Shown here: in pieces, positions 58,497-64,000 of the stretch
Layout: every line of letters starts with the position of its first letter
How positions within the stretch are numbered: position 1 is the stretch's first letter
Assembly (NCBI GenBank): GCA_963677595.1
Contig: OY782041.1
Coordinates: 3,648,001-3,712,000 of the forward strand
Source of the DNA: Spirochaetia bacterium
Lineage (GTDB): Bacteria; Spirochaetota; Spirochaetia; CAKZLE01
Direction of reading: 5' to 3'
Length of the DNA: 64,000 bases
Program-made: the position numbers and the translations under genes
The notes under the pieces: generated by a model
The model's input: only the letters and a program-made list of their open reading frames with translations
Databases searched by the model: none
What the model was told of the DNA's origin: nothing

Positions 58497-59759
58497 ATGG
58501 ATCAAGAGTTCGAGTTCCGCCTGGACAATGCCGCAAAGATCTTCGCCGCTCAGCACTCAAAGCGCCGGACCACCATGTTCAGGCTGTCAGCGGACCTGTC
58601 TGAGCCAGTGAACCTCGATCGGCTCACGACTGCCTACGAGCACATGCTCATTCGGTGTCCTTATTACCGGGTGCAGTTGAGGAGGGGACTCTTCTGGTAC
58701 TATATCGAGCCGTGTGAGACGAAGGCCCATGTCGAGGCTGAGAGTCGATATCCCTGCATGTACATCCCATTCAAGCGACGCGGTATGCTCCCGTTCCGGG
58801 TGCTTGCCTATAAACAACGGATCATCTTCGAGGTCGCCCATCTCATTACCGACGGGACTGGTGCCCTCGAGTTCCTCAACGGCATCATCCTCGAGTACCT
58901 GCGCCTTGGCGGGCACGAGATACCATCCGAGCATATGGTCCTTGACTGCCGGGAGCCCCTGGACCCGGCGGAGTTCGAGGACAGTTTCCAGCAGCTCTAT
59001 GAGAAGGGGATCCCCGGCCCGGTCAAGACCGACCGTGCCTACCAGGTCAGGGGGAGGGCGCTTCGGGTACCGCGCTATGATATCATCGAGGGGATCATGG
59101 AGAGCGATGCCCTGAAGCTGGAGGCGAAGAAGTACGGTGCGACCATCGGCGAGTTCCTCACGGCCCTCCTGCTCGACACCCTGATGAACGATATGCTCGT
59201 CCATAGCCGCCGGAAGAAGCCGGTGAGGATAAGCATCCCGATAAACCTGCGGAAGATGTTCCCCTCGCAGACCATGCGGAACTTCGCCCTGACGATCGAA
59301 CCCGGCATCGACCCGAGGCTCGGTTCCTTCAGCTTCGAGGAGATCGTGGAAAAGGTGAGGCAGTTCATGAAGATGGAACTCGACCAGCGGTCCATCAAGC
59401 GACAGATCGCGAGGAATGTGGGGAGTGAGCGGAATCCCTTCGTGCGGATCATCCCACTCTCCCTCAAGGATCCCATCCTGAGGAAGTTCTATGAGCGCTT
59501 CGGCAGCATCACCTTCACGCTGAGTCTCTCCAACCTCGGGAGGGTAGAGCTGCCCGAGGGAATGAAAGAACATGTGAGGGCCTACCAGTTCATCCCGCCG
59601 CCCCACGGGAGGAAGCTCAGCGTCACCTCCATTGCCTACGGGGGGAAGACCAGCATCATCTTCGGGAGTACGATCACGAATACCGAGATCGAGCAAAGTT
59701 TCTTCTCAAAGTTGAGAAAGATGGGGATCCATGTCACAATAAAGACGAACAGGAGATGA
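58497..59759 (+). CDS. Alcohol acetyltransferase/condensation-domain-like acyltransferase
   Basis: RLDNAAKIF, RRGLFWYY, HLITDG (HxxxDG), PINLR and LSNLG. Confidence 0.8.
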   Translation: MDQEFEFRLDNAAKIFAAQHSKRRTTMFRLSADLSEPVNLDRLTTAYEHMLIRCPYYRVQLRRGLFWYYIEPCETKAHVEAESRYPCMYIPFKRRGMLPFRVLAYKQRIIFEVAHLITDGTGALEFLNGIILEYLRLGGHEIPSEHMVLDCREPLDPAEFEDSFQQLYEKGIPGPVKTDRAYQVRGRALRVPRYDIIEGIMESDALKLEAKKYGATIGEFLTALLLDTLMNDMLVHSRRKKPVRISIPINLRKMFPSQTMRNFALTIEPGIDPRLGSFSFEEIVEKVRQFMKMELDQRSIKRQIARNVGSERNPFVRIIPLSLKDPILRKFYERFGSITFTLSLSNLGRVELPEGMKEHVRAYQFIPPPHGRKLSVTSIAYGGKTSIIFGSTITNTEIEQSFFSKLRKMGIHVTIKTNRR

Positions 59760-60631
59760 TGAGTATGCCATATTGCCCGAGATGCGGAGTGGAGATCGAA
59801 GACCGGCTTGAACGATGTCCCCTCTGCGAGACCCCGATCCCCCATGCCGTCAGGGATGCTGAAAAAGCCCATGAACGCGATTTCCCCAAGGATGTGATTC
59901 GCCCGAAGCCGATGTACCGTGAGCTTTCTGATAAGGAGAAGCGGGTGCTCGTGACCGGGTTGATTGCCTTCGTTGGCCTCTTCCCCATCGCCATCACCAT
60001 GGGACTTGACCTGCTGCGTTCCGGCAGGGTCACCTGGTCTTACTATGTGCTCGTGCCGGTATTGGGTGCTGCACTCATCGCCTGGTTCTTCTACCGGTTC
60101 GGGAGGAGACCGCTGGTCTCGGTCACCACCTGTATGGTCATCCTCCTCCTGATCGAGATCCTCATCGAGATGAAGGTCTCCTCCGTGAGCAGGTTCCTCA
60201 TAGAGGACCTTCCATTCTTCGCCGCAGCCTTCCTCGCGATCGAACTGCTGCTCATCTTCATCGTGAAGGCACACCCGAACCCCGTGCAGCTGCTGGCCGT
60301 CATCTTCATCGACACGTCACTCCTGGTGATCGGGATAGACTGGATCATCTCCCAGTCGGTCTCCTGGTCAGGGATCGTGACTGTATGCCTGTTGTGGGTA
60401 TCGGTCTACCTGATCTATATCGACAGGACCAAGAGACGGGGCCTCAACATCATCGGGTTCCTCTTTCTCGATGTAGCCATGATGCTGCTCTCCCTTGAGC
60501 TGGCGATCAGCGGGAGGATGAACTGGTCGATCGTGACGACCATGATCTTCATACCGATCAGCATCCTCTTCTACATCCTCCACCTCACGCTGTTCAACGA
60601 CACGGACTGGAAGAAGGCCCTGCACCTGTAA
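59756..60631 (+). CDS. Zinc-ribbon membrane protein (DUF6320-like)
   Basis: YCPRCGVE...CPLC, multiple TM segments, C-terminal KKALHL; coupled to the acyltransferase. Confidence 0.75.
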   Translation: MMSMPYCPRCGVEIEDRLERCPLCETPIPHAVRDAEKAHERDFPKDVIRPKPMYRELSDKEKRVLVTGLIAFVGLFPIAITMGLDLLRSGRVTWSYYVLVPVLGAALIAWFFYRFGRRPLVSVTTCMVILLLIEILIEMKVSSVSRFLIEDLPFFAAAFLAIELLLIFIVKAHPNPVQLLAVIFIDTSLLVIGIDWIISQSVSWSGIVTVCLLWVSVYLIYIDRTKRRGLNIIGFLFLDVAMMLLSLELAISGRMNWSIVTTMIFIPISILFYILHLTLFNDTDWKKALHL

Positions 60632-60633
60632 AT

Positions 60634-60659
60634 GGTACAGGGGTAAGCTCCCCTGTACC
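60634..60659. terminator. Bidirectional hairpin between convergent genes
   Basis: GGTACAGGGG-TAAGCT-CCCCTGTACC. Confidence 0.7.
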
Positions 60660-60666
60660 CATTCGA

Positions 60667-61098
60667 CTACCTGCAAAACACCTGGATGGTGGCATCCTCG
60701 GAATCGACATCAACCTTCAGCTCCTCGAGGGCACTCATGAGCTCCTTGATGTTGTCAGGCTTGATGTTGCTCAGGTCGAAGGCGACCCCGTTCTCAGCCA
60801 TGGATGACTGTATCTTCTCCTGTGCCTCCTTCGGGATCAGCCCGGCGATGTTCAGCCCTGCCTTGAGCAGCGCGAAGGGAACCTTGACCGAGACCCGGTC
60901 CTGTGATTTCCCCTCCTTCGGCTCCACCTGGACGTAGAGGTACTTGTTGTCGAAGGCATCCCCGATCATACCGTTGACATCCAACGGCTGTGCCGGGACC
61001 CTGCTCGTCTCCACTGCGCTGAGCAGCTTCTCTGCCTCCTCAGCGGTGATCTTCCCTTCTGCGAGCATCTGCAGGATGCGTAATCTCTCTTCAGCCAT
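60667..61098 (-). CDS. SHOCT-like domain protein (YvlB/LiaX N-terminal-like)
   Basis: EERLRILQMLAEGKITAEEAEKLL and VSVKVPFAL. Confidence 0.8.
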   Translation of the reverse strand: MAEERLRILQMLAEGKITAEEAEKLLSAVETSRVPAQPLDVNGMIGDAFDNKYLYVQVEPKEGKSQDRVSVKVPFALLKAGLNIAGLIPKEAQEKIQSSMAENGVAFDLSNIKPDNIKELMSALEELKVDVDSEDATIQVFCR

Positions 61099-61118
61099 GA
61101 TAAATCTCCTATAAAACC

Positions 61119-61385
61119 TTACTTCACGAACAGTGATATATCTGAATCATTCGAATGAAACTCTACTTCGGTCCCCCTCATCGAGGAGAACAGCACCGGG
61201 AGATGGAGGAAGATGCGCACCGCACCCTCTGCAGACAGGGACCCCGACAGTCTGGTGAAGGGGTAGGCGATGATGCACAGCACATAGAACGGCAGCAGCA
61301 GGATGTATACCAGCAGCAGGGGCAGCAACAGCCGAAAGGAGTGGTTCTCATCCCGGATTCGTATCCACAGGATCATGGGCAGCAT
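61119..61385 (-). CDS. Small membrane protein of the DUF2089 operon
   Basis: Hydrophobic core LLLPLLLVYILLLP; coupled to the upstream gene. Confidence 0.7.
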   Translation of the reverse strand: MLPMILWIRIRDENHSFRLLLPLLLVYILLLPFYVLCIIAYPFTRLSGSLSAEGAVRIFLHLPVLFSSMRGTEVEFHSNDSDISLFVK

Positions 61386-61750
61386 CAGCTTATCTCCTTC
61401 AGTGCATCCTCTGCACTGATCTCACCCCGTTCGAGGCGGTCGAGGACCGTCGAGACCGACTCCTTGATGTCGACGGTGATCCCCACGATCTCGAGCTTGC
61501 CCGCTATGGCATTGAGCCGGTTCTTCACGGTCGGGTAGCTGATCCCGAAGATGGTTTCCATCTGCTTGATCGAACCATGCGTCTTGATGAAGGCAGCCAC
61601 GAAGAGCTGGTCGTCCATGCCAAGCTGTGCGAGCGGGGGTACGTCAAAGGTCCCCTCGATCTCGATATCCTCCTCCGGGATATAGACCTTCCTGATCTGG
61701 AACTTCCTGTCCCCTACGAGGGAACTCAACTTCTTCCAATCGTGTCTCAT
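61385..61750 (-). CDS. DUF2089 family HTH/SHOCT protein
   Basis: FIKTHGSIKQME...ISYPTVKNRL and LDRLERGEISAEDAL; GGAGG RBS. Confidence 0.85.
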   Translation of the reverse strand: MRHDWKKLSSLVGDRKFQIRKVYIPEEDIEIEGTFDVPPLAQLGMDDQLFVAAFIKTHGSIKQMETIFGISYPTVKNRLNAIAGKLEIVGITVDIKESVSTVLDRLERGEISAEDALKEIS

Positions 61751-62006
61751 CGCTTCCTCCGATACTTGAATGATACGGCTGTACTTGAAGAAAGTCAAGT
61801 ATAAACTTAAATAAATTAATTGTAGAATTAATAAAATTAATATTTACATTGGCATAGATGAAAATCATGTACTGAGGAAGACAGTAAAGCCTCCTCAGGA
61901 CGAAGGCGGCAATACCTGCTGCGGGAAGCCAGGGTTTCGATAGATTTTGAAAAATACCCATTCCTATGATAGGGTAGAGTATAACGAAAAGTCATAAGGA
62001 AAAAGT

Positions 62007-63530
62007 TTGATACGGCAGAGACTCATCCGGAACATCGTGGTCACCTTCCTCCTCCTCGTCTATGGGGCGATCGCCTTCATGGCAGAGAACCTCTTCATCA
62101 GGATGGAAGACCGCTACCTTGATGACTTCTCCTATGAGATCGATATCGACTACCATACGATCATCAACTCCTACCACCACGTTGCCGACATGGTATACGA
62201 TCTCTATATTACCGACCCGGAGACAGTAGCACTATTCAAGGCTGGTGTTGAGGCTGAAGAGCCGGCCGTACAGGATGCCTCCCGTACTCTGCTCTATGGG
62301 AAGCTGCTCCCCTTGTATGACTACCTGGTCCAGAACAATTTCCGTCAGCTCCATTTCCATGACCGGGACTCGAACAGTTTCCTGCGGTTCCACCGGCCCG
62401 ACACCTATGGGGATTCACTACTTGGGATCCGTGATACCGTCATGTATGTGAACAGTACCCATGAACCTGTCGCCTCCTTCGAGGAGGGACGCATCTATAA
62501 CGGGTATCGGTTCGTCTATCCCCTGGAATACGAAGATGAGCATGTCGGGAGCGTTGAGATCAGCATATCCATGCACTCGATCCTCGACGAGCTCGATTTA
62601 CAGGATGATACCTACCATGAGTTCATCATCAGGCGTGATGTGGTCGAGAGCAAGGTGTTCGATGATGAGCTCAGTAACTATACCGTTTGGTGCGTGAGTC
62701 CTGACTACTACACTGAGATCGCAGCACCCTGCGATCCGTCCGTATGGGACGGCCTCTCAGACCGGGACAGGTCGGAGATCCTAAAGAACCTGGACAGTCT
62801 CAAAGAAGGCGGCGAGGAGAACGCGATCTTCACATTTGCCCTCTCGGATCACTCGATCGTCTCGGCTCACAAGATCGTGAACATGGGCGGGGATGCTGTC
62901 GCGTTCGTCCTGAGCAGGAACGACCAAACCGGGCTCGATGATATCGTACGGCTGAAGATCATATACAGGATCATCTTCACCCTGATCCTGATCATGCTCA
63001 TCGTCTTCATCATCATCTCTGATAAGGTGGTGAACTGGCTCGATCACCTGCTGAAGACCGACCCATTGACGAAGACGACGAACAGGATCTGGTTGAACAG
63101 CAGGCTTGAGAAACTGCAAAGGGCATTTCTCAAGGACGGCACGGTCTACTCAGCCATCATAGTCGATATAGACCACTTCAAGCACGTCAATGATACCTAT
63201 GGCCATATGACCGGGGATACGATACTGACCGCCTTCGCCGCAGAATGCATGGATTTCATCGGGGACCGAGGCTCGGTATCCCGTTTCGGGGGTGAGGAGT
63301 TCGTGATACTGCTTCAGGAAACCGAAAAGGAAAAAGTTGTTCAGATAGCTGAAGGACTGCGCAGCAAGGTTGAACAGACGCTATTCGAGGGTGGTCACCG
63401 TATTACCTTCAGTGCCGGGGTCGCCTCGATCGAGGAGTCATCTGACACGGGAACGGACCTGCTCATCCTTGCAGACAGGCGGCTCTATACGGCTAAGGAC
63501 CTCGGCAGGAATCGAGTTTGTGCTGACTGA
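62007..63530 (+). CDS. Membrane diguanylate cyclase with Cache-like sensor domain
   Basis: Two TM segments flanking QLHFH...FLRFHRP..YGD; TDPLT, DIDHFKHVNDTYGH and RFGGEEF. Confidence 0.92.
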   Translation: MIRQRLIRNIVVTFLLLVYGAIAFMAENLFIRMEDRYLDDFSYEIDIDYHTIINSYHHVADMVYDLYITDPETVALFKAGVEAEEPAVQDASRTLLYGKLLPLYDYLVQNNFRQLHFHDRDSNSFLRFHRPDTYGDSLLGIRDTVMYVNSTHEPVASFEEGRIYNGYRFVYPLEYEDEHVGSVEISISMHSILDELDLQDDTYHEFIIRRDVVESKVFDDELSNYTVWCVSPDYYTEIAAPCDPSVWDGLSDRDRSEILKNLDSLKEGGEENAIFTFALSDHSIVSAHKIVNMGGDAVAFVLSRNDQTGLDDIVRLKIIYRIIFTLILIMLIVFIIISDKVVNWLDHLLKTDPLTKTTNRIWLNSRLEKLQRAFLKDGTVYSAIIVDIDHFKHVNDTYGHMTGDTILTAFAAECMDFIGDRGSVSRFGGEEFVILLQETEKEKVVQIAEGLRSKVEQTLFEGGHRITFSAGVASIEESSDTGTDLLILADRRLYTAKDLGRNRVCAD

Positions 63531-63548
63531 CAGCAGGAGGGGAAAGAA

Positions 63549-64000
63549 ATGTACCACATACAGGATCTGAGGACCGTCTCGCTAAGGAACCTGCATGAGA
63601 CGTTCCTGGAGGCATTCTCTGACTACCAGGTGCCGATCGACCTGTCGGCGAGGAGGCTGCAGCACATGCTCACCCGGAGGGGGTACATCGCGGGAGCATC
63701 ACTCGGTGCCTTCGATGGTGAAGCCCTGGTAGGCTTCCTCCTTCATGGGGTAAGGGACTGGAGGGGGCTGGCTACCGCCTATGATACCGGGACCGGAGTG
63801 GTCCCTGCACACCGGAAGAAGGGTGTCACCACCGAATTGCTCTCGAAAGCAGGAACCCTGCTTCAGGATCTCCATATACAGCAGTGGCTCCTTGAGGTCA
63901 TCCAGGAGAACCGTAAGGCCATGCGCCTGTATGAGCGGGAAGGATTCACGGTAATCAGGGAGTTCGACTGCTTCATCTCCTCAGGTGCCGAGCTGCCCGG
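63549..64000 (+). CDS. GNAT family acetyltransferase (partial; runs off the window edge)
   Basis: Manual translation MYHIQ...EAFSDYQVP...AYDTGTGVVPAHRKKG...LLEVIQEN..AMRLYEREGF. Confidence 0.85.
   Translation, partial: MYHIQDLRTVSLRNLHETFLEAFSDYQVPIDLSARRLQHMLTRRGYIAGASLGAFDGEALVGFLLHGVRDWRGLATAYDTGTGVVPAHRKKGVTTELLSKAGTLLQDLHIQQWLLEVIQENRKAMRLYEREGFTVIREFDCFISSGAELP

Noticed and set aside
61860-61960. Possible c-di-GMP riboswitch upstream of the diguanylate cyclase
   Set aside because: Only a weak hairpin (CTGAGGA/TCCTCAG); the GEMM consensus elements are not recognisable.

Overview
Chromosomal window from a GC-rich bacterium that looks like a free-living spirochaete (Spirochaetia). The evidence is the murG-cvpA-holB-histidine kinase-sigma54 activator block followed by an RpoS-like sigma factor, and a groES with no adjacent groEL. 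It is mostly housekeeping: PMM/PGM, glnS, uvrB, a TPP-riboswitch thiamine ABC transporter, the pstSCAB-phoU-phoB-phoR cluster, DinG, ppdK, tsaD, apt, an ABC-F ATPase and four tRNAs. Accessory stretches sit at about 31-33 kb, 38.5-44.2 kb and 48.4-64 kb. No integrase, transposase, CRISPR array or rRNA was found. The main signals are: (1) a HEPN(RxxxxH)-CBS fusion closely linked to a 2H phosphoesterase and a PHP phosphoesterase, a candidate nucleotide-sensing RNase plus RNA-end-processing module; (2) an Hk2-Rrp2-sigma54-RpoS-like cascade with a clear -24/-12 promoter and three palindromic enhancer-like sites exactly 40 bp apart; (3) a PstA carrying two PstS-like lobes next to a tandem-duplicated PstS; (4) a minimal ParB domain with an amphipathic C-terminal helix; (5) a low-GC orphan nucleotidyltransferase; (6) a tRNA-Arg with a chimeric-looking 3' end beside an orphan antitoxin; (7) several apparently leaderless genes. 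All family calls come from reading motifs by eye, not from database searches.
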